Made by a program: the position numbers and the translations under genes
The notes under the pieces: generated by a model
Seen by the model: the letters and a program-made list of their open reading frames with translations, nothing else
Database searches by the model: none
What the model was told of the DNA's origin: nothing
Source of the DNA: an uncultured Ignavibacteriaceae bacterium
Lineage (GTDB): Bacteria > Bacteroidota > Ignavibacteria > Ignavibacteriales > Ignavibacteriaceae
Length of the DNA: 37,250 nt
Direction of reading: 5' to 3'
NCBI GenBank assembly: GCA_964510675.1
Contig: CAZECH010000001.1
Coordinates: 1 to 37,250, forward strand
Shown here: piece by piece, positions 18,501 to 27,197 of the stretch
Layout: each line of letters begins with the position of its first letter
Numbering within the stretch: the stretch's first letter is position 1

Positions 18501-18801
18501 TGATATGGCTGTGCCTTGCGGACTTATTATAAACGAGCTTATTTCCAATTCACTTAAGTATGCATTTCCTAATTATGAAGATGAAAAAAAGAATGGCATA
18601 ATAAAAATTGATTTTAACCCTATTGAGAATAATAAATTAATTCTTATCGTAAGCGATAATGGAATAGGAATACAGGGTAATATTGATGAAAAGAAAAACA
18701 ATTCTTTAGGATTACAATTAGTTGAGACATTAGTTGCCCAGCTTGATGGAACTATGGAACTTGCATTAAACTCAGGAACAACATTTAAAATCAAAATTTA
18801 A
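15532..18801 (+). CDS. Two-component-regulator-propeller / Y_Y_Y sensor histidine kinase with HisKA_2 transmitter (paralog of 9986-13294)
   Basis: The ORF is open from 15484. The ATG at 15532 ([14 protein letters not shown]..., hydrophobic segment [13 protein letters not shown]) lies 4 nt after the upstream stop and avoids a 44-nt overlap. The architecture matches 9986-13294: Reg_prop repeats, Y_[23 protein letters not shown], coiled coil, HisKA_2, HATPase_c. Confidence 0.9.
   Translation: [1089 protein letters not shown]
18187..18798 (+). repeat. Conserved HisKA_2-HATPase transmitter module, copy 3 of 3
   Basis: It aligns without gaps to copies 1 and 2. Confidence 0.85.
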
Positions 18802-19047
18802 TAGAAAACATTCAAAATGTGTAAATAATCAAGAATTTAGAATGGTTCCAAAGGTTAAAATCTTTTGATTTACTTCGATAATAATAGTAGGAATAGGAAA
18901 AAATGTACGTTAGTTAAAGTTAAAAAAATCCTTTCCTCTGATTCCCAAATGGGCTGAAACCTAAAAGTGATAAGTTTTCATTTGAATTGCAAGTTTGATT
19001 TTCAGATAAAAAAAGATTTATGAATTCTGTTACATTAAGAAAATAAT

Positions 19048-20985
19048 ATGAACAAGGCATCGATACTTATAGTTGAAGATAATTTCATTGTTATGATGGA
19101 ATTAAAAGACCGTCTCGCTGAAATGGGGCACGAAATAGTTGGTACTGCAGCTTCGGGAATTGAAGCAATAAAAAAAGCAGGTATTCACCGGCCCGATTTA
19201 ACTCTTATGGATATAAGATTAAAAGGTGAAATGGATGGAATTGAAGCGGCATCGGTAATTAAAAAAGAATATGATATACCCGTCATTTATCTTACTGCAC
19301 ATACTGATGATAATACATTGGAGCGGGCAAAACTGACAGAACCTTTCGGTTATATAATTAAGCCGTTTGAAGAACGTGAGCTTCGTACAACCATTGAGAT
19401 GGCTTTGTACAAGCATAAAATTGAAAAAAGACTTAAGGAAAGTGAACATTGGTTATCAGCCACTTTAAAAAGTATTGGTGATGCACTAATTGCTACAGAT
19501 GCCTACGGCATAGTTAAACTAATTAATCCCATTGCTGAAGAACTTACCGGATGGAAAGGGGAAGATGCCTTTGGTGCATATATAGAAAATATATTTAAAG
19601 TGAAAGATGAGAATAATAATTTTCTGGGGAATCCTGTAGTAATCTCTTTAAGGTATAATTTATTAGTTGGCGAAACCAATAAAATATTAGTTGCGCAAAA
19701 CGGGAAAGAAACTCCTGTGGATTTCAGTTCAGCACCGATTAAAGGCGAAAATAATTCTATAGCAGGGGTTGTTCTTGTTTTCAGAGATATTACTGAAAGG
19801 AAGAAAGCTAAAGAAATTTTAGAAAAACAAAAAGTTTTTCTTAAGCAGATAATTGATACAGATCCAAATTACATTGCTGTTAAAAATTCAAAGGGGAAAT
19901 TTGAGCTTACCAATAAAGCAATGGCATATGCTTTCGGTACTACAGTAGATGAGATTATTGGTAAGAATGATAATGAATATTTAACTAATGAAGATATTGA
20001 ATATCAAAGAAAACTTGAGTATGAAGTTCTTAATTCAGAAGAACAAATATTCATACCATTGGAAAAATTAATTGACTCTAACGGGAAAGTTCATCTCCTT
20101 CAGACTTTCAGAAGAGCTATTAACAGTCAGGAAGGTGATGAGAAGCTGGTTCTTTCTGTAGCTGCGGATATAACCGAATTAAAATTAGTTGAGAAAGCTT
20201 TAAGAGAAAGTGAAGAGAGTTTAAAACAAAAAGCGGAAGAACTTGAAGTACTTAATTTGAAATTAAGCGAATCGGAAAAAGAGCTGAAAGATTTGAATGC
20301 AAATAAAGATAAGTTCTTTTCTATTATTGCCCATGATCTTCGCAGCCCGTTTTCAGGATTACTCGGCCTTTCAAAAATTCTTGTGAATGATATAGAAAAA
20401 GCACCAAAGAAAGAATTACGCCAGTTAGCCAACAATATTTCAAAATCAGCAGACCTTACCTTTAAACTTCTTGAAAATCTTTTGCAATGGGCAAAAATTA
20501 AAACAGGCACGATTAGTTTTGAACCGAGAGAAATAAACCTTAATAAAGTCCTTGATAAGGTGACAGAACTTTATAAAAGTAATGCTGCAAGTAAGAATAT
20601 CTCATTAACAAGTTCCTTAAACGATAAAATAATTGTATTCGCCGATTCAAATATGGTCGAATCAATTTTTAGTAACCTGATTTCCAATTCAATAAAGTTT
20701 ACCGCAAAGGGCGGTAAGATTAATATTTTTGCAGAAAGCCATGAAAATTTTATAAGAATTAATATCCAAGATACAGGTATCGGCATGAGTCAGCAAAAAA
20801 TTAATGATTTATTCCAGATAGGTCATAATGTTTCATCTATTGGGACAGATAATGAGGAAGGATCAGGACTCGGATTAATTCTTTGTAAGGAATTTGTCGA
20901 ACTAAATAAAGGAGAATTATCTCTTCAATCTATAGTCGATGAAGGATCAATTTCCAGTTTCACATTACCTGTAAGAAAAAGTTAA
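19048..20985 (+). CDS. REC-first hybrid sensor kinase (REC - PAS - PAS - coiled coil - HisKA - HATPase_c)
   Basis: 645 aa. The N-terminal receiver has all key residues ([26 protein letters not shown]). PAS-like regions ([17 protein letters not shown]...[11 protein letters not shown]; [17 protein letters not shown]...). H-box [16 protein letters not shown]-box [12 protein letters not shown]-boxes QDTGIGM and [12 protein letters not shown]. Confidence 0.9.
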   Translation: MNKASILIVEDNFIVMMELKDRLAEMGHEIVGTAASGIEAIKKAGIHRPDLTLMDIRLKGEMDGIEAASVIKKEYDIPVIYLTAHTDDNTLERAKLTEPFGYIIKPFEERELRTTIEMALYKHKIEKRLKESEHWLSATLKSIGDALIATDAYGIVKLINPIAEELTGWKGEDAFGAYIENIFKVKDENNNFLGNPVVISLRYNLLVGETNKILVAQNGKETPVDFSSAPIKGENNSIAGVVLVFRDITERKKAKEILEKQKVFLKQIIDTDPNYIAVKNSKGKFELTNKAMAYAFGTTVDEIIGKNDNEYLTNEDIEYQRKLEYEVLNSEEQIFIPLEKLIDSNGKVHLLQTFRRAINSQEGDEKLVLSVAADITELKLVEKALRESEESLKQKAEELEVLNLKLSESEKELKDLNANKDKFFSIIAHDLRSPFSGLLGLSKILVNDIEKAPKKELRQLANNISKSADLTFKLLENLLQWAKIKTGTISFEPREINLNKVLDKVTELYKSNAASKNISLTSSLNDKIIVFADSNMVESIFSNLISNSIKFTAKGGKINIFAESHENFIRINIQDTGIGMSQQKINDLFQIGHNVSSIGTDNEEGSGLGLILCKEFVELNKGELSLQSIVDEGSISSFTLPVRKS

Positions 20986-21000
20986 GATCAGTTATAATTT

Positions 21001-22560
21001 ATGGTTAAAATATTAGTAGTAGAAGATGAGCTTATAGTTGCAATGGAGTTGAAGAGCAGGCTTCATGATTTAGGCTATTCTGTTTGCGGCACTGTTGTAT
21101 CGGGTGAGGAAGCTATAGAACTTACTGCCAGGCATAATCCTGATATTATTCTAATGGATATAAATATTAAAGGGGCTTATGATGGAGTTCAGACTGCGGA
21201 AATAATTAAAACTGATCATGACATCCCGATAATTTTTTTAACAGCTTTTTCGGATCCTAAAACTTTGCAGAGAGCTAAAATTACAGAACCATATGGTTAT
21301 ATTATCAAACCTTTTGAAGAGAGAGAGGTTCATACTGCAATTGAAATTTCAATTTATAAGCACAATATGGAAATGAAACTGCGGGAAAGTGAAAGAAGAT
21401 TGTCCATTACTCTTAAAAGTATCGGAGATGGAGTAATTGCAACAGATAAAGATGGAATTATTAATTATATAAATCCTGCCGCAGAAAATTTAACCGGTTA
21501 TAAGTTTAATGAAGCTTTTGGAAAAAACATTCCCGAAATTCTTCATGCAAACAACCAGGATACTAGCAAAAATATTGATTTGGCTATAAAGGAACTTCTT
21601 CATAAAGGATTTACAAGTAAATTTCTGGGTACATTAGCAATAATCTGTAAAGAAGGGAAGGAAATAATTATTGAATCAGATGTTTCTTCAATAATTGATG
21701 ATAAAGGAAACTTTGATGGAATAGTTTTAAGCTTTCGTGATATTACTGATCGTAAAAGGATGGAAGAAAAACTAAAAATAGCTCTTGATAAAGCTGAAGA
21801 ATCAAACCGTATGAAAACTATATTTCTTAACAATATGAGTCATGAATTTAGAACTCCGATGAGCGGAATTCTCGGTTTTGCCCAGATTTTAAAAGATGAA
21901 ATGTTCGATGAACAAAACAAAAAAATTGCCGATATGTTAATTGAATCCGGAAGCAGGTTAATGGCAACTCTGGATTCAGTTTTACAATTTTCCCAGCTTG
22001 AATCAGCGAAACTTGAAACAGACCTGACTGAAATTAATGTAAATGATATAATAGAAAAATTAATTCAAGAGTTTCAAAATAAAATCTGGGGAAATGGTTT
22101 GGAATTGAAAACTAGTTTGCTTGACCAGAATATTACTATCCTTACTGATGAAAGACTATTAAGTCGTGCATTAAACCGAATAATTAATAACGCAATTAAA
22201 TATACTAAAAACGGATCAATATCATTTGAAGTTGGTAAAATATTACAGCATGATAAAGAATGGGCTGTTATCGGAATAACTGATACGGGAATCGGGATAT
22301 CAAATGATAAAATAGATATTATCTTTAATGAGTTCAGGCAGGAGAGCGAAGGGAAAACGAGAAGTTATGAGGGAACAGGTTTAGGACTTGCAATTGCAAA
22401 GAAAATTGTTGAGCTGCTTCAGGGCTACATAACTGTTGAAAGTCAGGCCGGTAAAGGTTCAAGGTTTGCAATTCATTTACCCTTGGTTTTATCTGGGAAT
22501 GGAAAGACGGATAAAACATTAATAGAAATGGATCAAATACTTTATAGTACTCAGAAATAA
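21001..22560 (+). CDS. REC-first hybrid sensor kinase (REC - PAS - HisKA - HATPase_c), paralog of 19048-20985
   Basis: 519 aa, starting 15 nt after the upstream stop. Receiver ILVVEDE, IILMDINI, IFLTAF, IIKPF. PAS (LSITLKSIGDGVIATD...VLSFRDITDRK). H-box MSHEFRTPMSGILGF, N-box NRIINNAIKYT, G-boxes TDTGIGI and GTGLGLAIAKKI. Confidence 0.9.
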   Translation: MVKILVVEDELIVAMELKSRLHDLGYSVCGTVVSGEEAIELTARHNPDIILMDINIKGAYDGVQTAEIIKTDHDIPIIFLTAFSDPKTLQRAKITEPYGYIIKPFEEREVHTAIEISIYKHNMEMKLRESERRLSITLKSIGDGVIATDKDGIINYINPAAENLTGYKFNEAFGKNIPEILHANNQDTSKNIDLAIKELLHKGFTSKFLGTLAIICKEGKEIIIESDVSSIIDDKGNFDGIVLSFRDITDRKRMEEKLKIALDKAEESNRMKTIFLNNMSHEFRTPMSGILGFAQILKDEMFDEQNKKIADMLIESGSRLMATLDSVLQFSQLESAKLETDLTEINVNDIIEKLIQEFQNKIWGNGLELKTSLLDQNITILTDERLLSRALNRIINNAIKYTKNGSISFEVGKILQHDKEWAVIGITDTGIGISNDKIDIIFNEFRQESEGKTRSYEGTGLGLAIAKKIVELLQGYITVESQAGKGSRFAIHLPLVLSGNGKTDKTLIEMDQILYSTQK

Positions 22561-22606
22561 TCTACCATCCAGCAATTCCCCCGGTATAATAATTTATTTC
22601 TTATAA

Positions 22607-22646
22607 TACCTCTGTGTATTTTTGTTAAGATATTTTTACAGAGGTA
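22607..22646 (+). promoter_or_regulatory. 9-bp inverted repeat (hairpin) between the kinase stop and the MFS start; terminator or SD-sequestering structure
   Basis: TACCTCTGT (22607-22615) pairs with ACAGAGGTA (22638-22646) across a 22-nt loop. The 3' arm contains the AGAGG Shine-Dalgarno-like sequence 5 nt before the TTG at 22650. It is followed by GTTTTGCTTT. Confidence 0.3.
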
Positions 22647-22649
22647 GTT

Positions 22650-23972
22650 TTGCTTTCCAGGTACTTTCAGTTAAATAAAATTTCAGGCTTTAATCCAAAG
22701 GTACTCCGCAGCAATTTAAAATTACACATTATTGATGGCTCCATATTTCTATTTGCTATAAGTTTTATTTCTTACACAACAATTCTTCCTGTATTCATTC
22801 AAAAAATGGGAGGGAATGCGATTGCTGTTGGGTCAGTATCGGTTTTATGGACATTGGGATTAAACCTGCCGCAACTGCTGTTTATAAAATTATTTCATCA
22901 CGAAAAAAAAATAAAACCTTCTGTTCTTAAATCTGGTCTTCTATACCGGTTTCATTTTATTATTATAAGTTTAGTCTGCTCTGTCTTTCTTGGAAAGCTC
23001 GATAGCTCTGTATCGGTTCCACTTATGCTTTTTTTAATTTTCTTAACATCAATTGCAGGAAGTACAACAGGTCCGCCCTGGTTTCATTTCTTTGCTAAAA
23101 CAACTCCGGTTAAACTGCGGGGAAGGCTTCTTGCAATACGCTGGCTGATTGGTTCTGCACTCGGAACAATAGCCGGCTCAGCAGTATCGGTTATACTTTC
23201 ATCAGTAGTTTATCCACACAACTTTGCTTTGTTATTTTTTCTCTGTTTCTTTTTTACAATGGTTTCTTTTTATTTTTTAAAAAAAATAGAAGAACCGTTA
23301 GAAACATCAGAACCCATCCGGCAAAATGTTGAACAGGATATAAAGCAGGAACCGGTTTCAATTAGGGAAGTATTATCCCGCTCTAAACAAATTTTAAAGG
23401 AGGATAAAGGCTTTAAAAATTTCTTAGTCGCTGACGCATTAATTTTAATGTCTCTTACAGCCTCTGCTTTTTATGCTGTATATGCAGTAAAGAAGTTTAA
23501 CCTTCCAACTTCTTATGCAGGAACTTTTACTATCATTTTAATGGCTGGACAATTAATAGGAAATTTTATTTTCGGTTACTTAGCCGATTACTATGGACAT
23601 AAAATCAATATGCTTCTTCTAGCCGGTTTTTCTACAGCAGCAAGCCTGTTTGCAATTATTTCCAATAATGTTCTGATGTTCGGAGTAGTCTTCTTCTTTA
23701 CAGGATGCACTCTTACTTTGCAGGGTATTTCAAGATTGGCAATTGTTGTTGAGATGTGCAATGAATCTGAAAGACCGATTTACATTGGGCTGATTAACTC
23801 TGTTACTGCACCAACAGTTCTTTTCGGTGTTGTAGGAGGAATTCTGATTACAATTATCGGGTATGTACCTGTTTTTTTGATTTATATAGTTATCTCGTTA
23901 ATCGCAGTTTACTGGCTTTATAAAAAAGTAAATGAACCGAGAAAGCTTAAGATTGCAGATATGTCGAATTGA
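22650..23972 (+). CDS. MFS-family transporter
   Basis: 440 aa with about 12 hydrophobic segments in two halves, separated by a charged loop (EEPLETSEPIRQNVEQDIKQE). The start is TTG, so the exact start is uncertain. Confidence 0.8.
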   Translation: MLSRYFQLNKISGFNPKVLRSNLKLHIIDGSIFLFAISFISYTTILPVFIQKMGGNAIAVGSVSVLWTLGLNLPQLLFIKLFHHEKKIKPSVLKSGLLYRFHFIIISLVCSVFLGKLDSSVSVPLMLFLIFLTSIAGSTTGPPWFHFFAKTTPVKLRGRLLAIRWLIGSALGTIAGSAVSVILSSVVYPHNFALLFFLCFFFTMVSFYFLKKIEEPLETSEPIRQNVEQDIKQEPVSIREVLSRSKQILKEDKGFKNFLVADALILMSLTASAFYAVYAVKKFNLPTSYAGTFTIILMAGQLIGNFIFGYLADYYGHKINMLLLAGFSTAASLFAIISNNVLMFGVVFFFTGCTLTLQGISRLAIVVEMCNESERPIYIGLINSVTAPTVLFGVVGGILITIIGYVPVFLIYIVISLIAVYWLYKKVNEPRKLKIADMSN

Positions 23973-24097
23973 ACCAAAAATTTATTAAACTATTAAGATG
24001 TCCTCCTATTCCCATTTTTTAACACTGTATCAATTGTAATTTTAAATTATATTTATGCAGATAAAATTAAATTGTCAGGAATAAAGCAGGAAATACA

Positions 24098-25207
24098 ATG
24101 AAAAACCCACTTATAGAACTTGAGAAATTCGGTCAGAGTGTTTGGCTCGATAATATAAGCCGTGATATGCTTATTAAAGGTGAATTAAAAAAGCTTCGTG
24201 ATGAAGATGGACTTAAAGGTGTTACTTCAAATCCTTCTATATTTCAGAAAGCAATGGGAAGCGGACACGCCTATGATGAACAGATTAAAGAGATTCTTTC
24301 CGTTAATCCCGATATAAGTGCCGGAGATCTTTTTGAAATTCTTGCTGTTAAAGATATTCAGGATGCAACTGATGTATTACGAGTTGTTTATGATAAGACA
24401 AAAGGTTATGATGGATATGTAAGTATTGAGGTCTCGCCTGAGCTTGCTTACGAAACAGAAGGAACAATTGCAGAAGCAACAAGGCTAAATAAAAAAGTAA
24501 ACAGGCCGAATGTTATGATAAAAATTCCTGCAACTCAGGAAGGACTTCCGGCAATCCGCAAGATGATTTCCGAGGGCGTTTGCATAAATGTTACACTTAT
24601 CTTTTCACCAACTGTTTATGAGCAGGTTGTTGAAGCGTATATAAGCGGGCTTGAGGATAGAGTAAAAAAAGGAAAATCAATTAAAGATATAGCTTCTGTT
24701 GCAAGCTTCTTTATAAGCAGGATTGACTCTGCGGTTGATAAAGAATTAATGGCAAAAAGCAACAAAGATCTTCAGGGTAAAATTGCAATAGCAAATGCAA
24801 AGCTTGTTTATCAGAAGGCTAAAGAAATATTTGGTTCAAAAAGATTTAAGGAATTGGAAAAAGCAGGGGCTAAAAAACAAAGATTGCTTTGGGCAAGTAC
24901 AAGCACAAAAAATCCTGAGTATCCGGATGTTCTTTATGTTGAAGAATTAATTGGCAGAGATACAGTTAATACGATTCCTCCTGCAACACTTATAGCATAC
25001 AGAGACCATGGAAATCCTGCTGACAGAATTGAAACCGATCTTGAAACAGCAAAAACCCAGATGAAAAAAATTGCAGATCTTGGAATTAACTTCGAAGCAG
25101 TTGCAAAAAAATTAACCGATGATGGGGTTGTTCTTTTTGCAGATGCATTTAAAGAATTAATTAAGGCAATAGAAAAGAAAAAAGGTGAGGTTCTTCAGAC
25201 AGTTTAA
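24098..25207 (+). CDS. tal: Transaldolase (long form)
   Basis: 369 aa with GQSVWLDNISR, VTSNPSIF, the Schiff-base lysine region VMIKIPATQEGL and FFISRID. Confidence 0.92.
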   Translation: MKNPLIELEKFGQSVWLDNISRDMLIKGELKKLRDEDGLKGVTSNPSIFQKAMGSGHAYDEQIKEILSVNPDISAGDLFEILAVKDIQDATDVLRVVYDKTKGYDGYVSIEVSPELAYETEGTIAEATRLNKKVNRPNVMIKIPATQEGLPAIRKMISEGVCINVTLIFSPTVYEQVVEAYISGLEDRVKKGKSIKDIASVASFFISRIDSAVDKELMAKSNKDLQGKIAIANAKLVYQKAKEIFGSKRFKELEKAGAKKQRLLWASTSTKNPEYPDVLYVEELIGRDTVNTIPPATLIAYRDHGNPADRIETDLETAKTQMKKIADLGINFEAVAKKLTDDGVVLFADAFKELIKAIEKKKGEVLQTV

Positions 25208-25262
25208 TACCCAAAACTTAAGATATTGTAATTAGAATTCGATTATTAGTAACAACAATTTG

Positions 25263-26222
25263 ATGATAAAAATAAAAAGAAGAAATTTTATTAAGAGGGG
25301 ATTAGCTGTTGTAGTAAGTACAATTCTGCTTCCTCCATTTTTTTTTAATCGTTTCCAATCTTTTGGTAAGGTAAAACTCGTTCCTCCGGAAGCTAAACCA
25401 ATTCCTGAATTATGGAAAGATGATGAAATTAACATTGCATGGATAGGACATTCCACAATGCTGATAAATTTTTATGGAACAATAATCCTTACAGATCCTG
25501 TTCTGTTTGATAGAATAGGGTTATATTTTTTCGGGCTTGTTTTTGGACCTAACAGGTATTCTCTTCCTGCGCTTGATTTTGATGAAGTACCGAAACCGGA
25601 TCTTGTACTTCTTTCTCATGCGCATATGGATCATATGGATTATAAAACTTTAGTCTCTCTTACGAATAAATTTCCCGGAATGATTGATTGTATAACTGCA
25701 TACAATACAAGTGATGTAATTTCAGATCTTGAATGGAAATCATTACAGGAACTTGATTGGGGACAGGAAACAAATCTTCTTGGAATAAAATTTAAAGCAC
25801 TTGAAGTAAAACATTTTGGCTGGAGATTTCCTTGGGAGAAAGACCGTTCCAAAGGATTTATGGTTGAGGGTAGAAGTTATAATGCTTATATGCTGGAAAA
25901 GAATAACAAGCGAATTCTTTTTGGCGGCGATATGGCTTTTTCCGATAAACTTATTAATGTTTTAGACAAACCGGTTGATATTGCTTTGATCCCAATCGGT
26001 GCTTATAATCCATGGAAACACAATCATTGCAATCCCGAAGAAGCTTTGATGATAGCGTCAGAACAAATTGGTGCCGATCATTTTATACCAATGCACTGTA
26101 ATACATTCCGTCAGGGAGTTGAGCCGGTTGAAGAACCGCTTCAATGGCTTATGGATTCTCATGGTAAATACAATATTAATATCGGCGTGAAAAAGATCGG
26201 CGAGACATTTAATCTTACCTGA
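25263..26222 (+). CDS. MBL-fold metallo-hydrolase with twin-arginine signal peptide
   Basis: I prefer the ATG at 25263; the ORF opens at a TTG one codon earlier. Tat-like motif KRRNFIKRG is followed by a hydrophobic stretch. Metallo-beta-lactamase motif LLSHAHMDHMD. Overall it looks like Lactamase_B_2 / NAPE-PLD (AWIGHSTMLINFYGTIILTDPV). Confidence 0.8.
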   Translation: MIKIKRRNFIKRGLAVVVSTILLPPFFFNRFQSFGKVKLVPPEAKPIPELWKDDEINIAWIGHSTMLINFYGTIILTDPVLFDRIGLYFFGLVFGPNRYSLPALDFDEVPKPDLVLLSHAHMDHMDYKTLVSLTNKFPGMIDCITAYNTSDVISDLEWKSLQELDWGQETNLLGIKFKALEVKHFGWRFPWEKDRSKGFMVEGRSYNAYMLEKNNKRILFGGDMAFSDKLINVLDKPVDIALIPIGAYNPWKHNHCNPEEALMIASEQIGADHFIPMHCNTFRQGVEPVEEPLQWLMDSHGKYNINIGVKKIGETFNLT

Positions 26223-26227
26223 AATTA

Positions 26228-26371
26228 CTATCCTTCCTGTTTTTCTGATTTTGTGATCAAATTATTTTTAATTTTGGTAAAGTCTTTCATAACTACCAGT
26301 GTAAAAACAATCGTATAAGAAATTAAAATAAGACTAAAAACCGAAATCAATGTTATTGATAATACCTGCAT
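26228..26371 (-). CDS. Candidate 47-aa single-pass membrane peptide (unannotated small ORF)
   Basis: ATG at 26371 with GAGGGG 6 nt upstream. Translation: MQVLSITLISVFSLILISYTIVFTLVVMKDFTKIKNNLITKSEKQEG. That gives one hydrophobic helix and a Lys-rich tail. It is below the ORF-track length cutoff and has no homology evidence. Confidence 0.25.
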   Translation of the reverse strand: MQVLSITLISVFSLILISYTIVFTLVVMKDFTKIKNNLITKSEKQEG

Positions 26372-26561
26372 TCACTACCCCTCAATATTAAAATCGAATT
26401 AGAGTAAGTAATAATCATACCATTATGGTAAAAATAATTTTGTCATTTATAAATAATTTATCTTTGTGAAGTGTAAAAATATTTCGTTGATGTTGAACCA
26501 TTTGCACAAAATGTTTGTTAACTATAAGTTAGACGGAATTTAGTTAAAGCCTGTTTAATAC

Positions 26562-27113
26562 ATGACTACTGATAAATTACTGAAAAGTTTCCTGAAAATT
26601 TCTGTTGAAGTTGAAAAATCTTCAGAAGAATTTTTAAAGCTGTCTTATAATCAGATTAACTGGAGGGCAACTGATTCACAATGGAGCATTGGTGAATGTT
26701 TTGAACATCTCATAAGAACAAACAGCAAGTATATTACTGAGTTTCAGAAGAATAAATCATATAGTGTTGAAAAAGCAAATATGAATTTTAAACATACCCT
26801 GATAGGAAAATTTGTTATTTACTCAATGAAGCCTGATAATAAAAGAAGAACGAAAACTCCATCATCATTTAATCCTATGCGAAGTGTTATTACTGAAAGT
26901 ATTGCAAAAGATTTTTTAAATCAGAATAAAGAAATACTTGAGCTTGTTAAAAATATTGATCCGGCAAAATTAAAAGTAAAAATTACTTCACCATTTGCAA
27001 AATTTGTTAGATATAACATTGGGGATAGTCTATTGATAATTGCGAATCATAATCTGAGGCATTTAAAGCAAGCGGGAAGAGTAATGAAAAGTGAAAAGTT
27101 TCCTGCATCATAA
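26562..27113 (+). CDS. DinB-family (DinB_2-like) protein
   Basis: 183 aa with conserved His positions in a helical-bundle context (WSIGECFEHLIRTN; IIANHNLRHLKQAG). Confidence 0.75.
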   Translation: MTTDKLLKSFLKISVEVEKSSEEFLKLSYNQINWRATDSQWSIGECFEHLIRTNSKYITEFQKNKSYSVEKANMNFKHTLIGKFVIYSMKPDNKRRTKTPSSFNPMRSVITESIAKDFLNQNKEILELVKNIDPAKLKVKITSPFAKFVRYNIGDSLLIIANHNLRHLKQAGRVMKSEKFPAS

Positions 27114-27197
27114 GTTAGTGTTCATTCAAAATACCTTCCTGCCGTTTATCATCAGATGATTGACATCTACTTTCTTTTGATGTAATTTTTAATAGTA

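Noticed and set aside
12629-18798. The three repeated blocks of about 610 bp, considered as a mobile element, tandem-repeat array or assembly duplication.
   Set aside because: They are in-frame C-terminal kinase modules of three intact genes. They have no terminal inverted repeats or transposase, and many synonymous differences separate the copies. This is coding paralogy, not an IS, a CRISPR array or an artefact.
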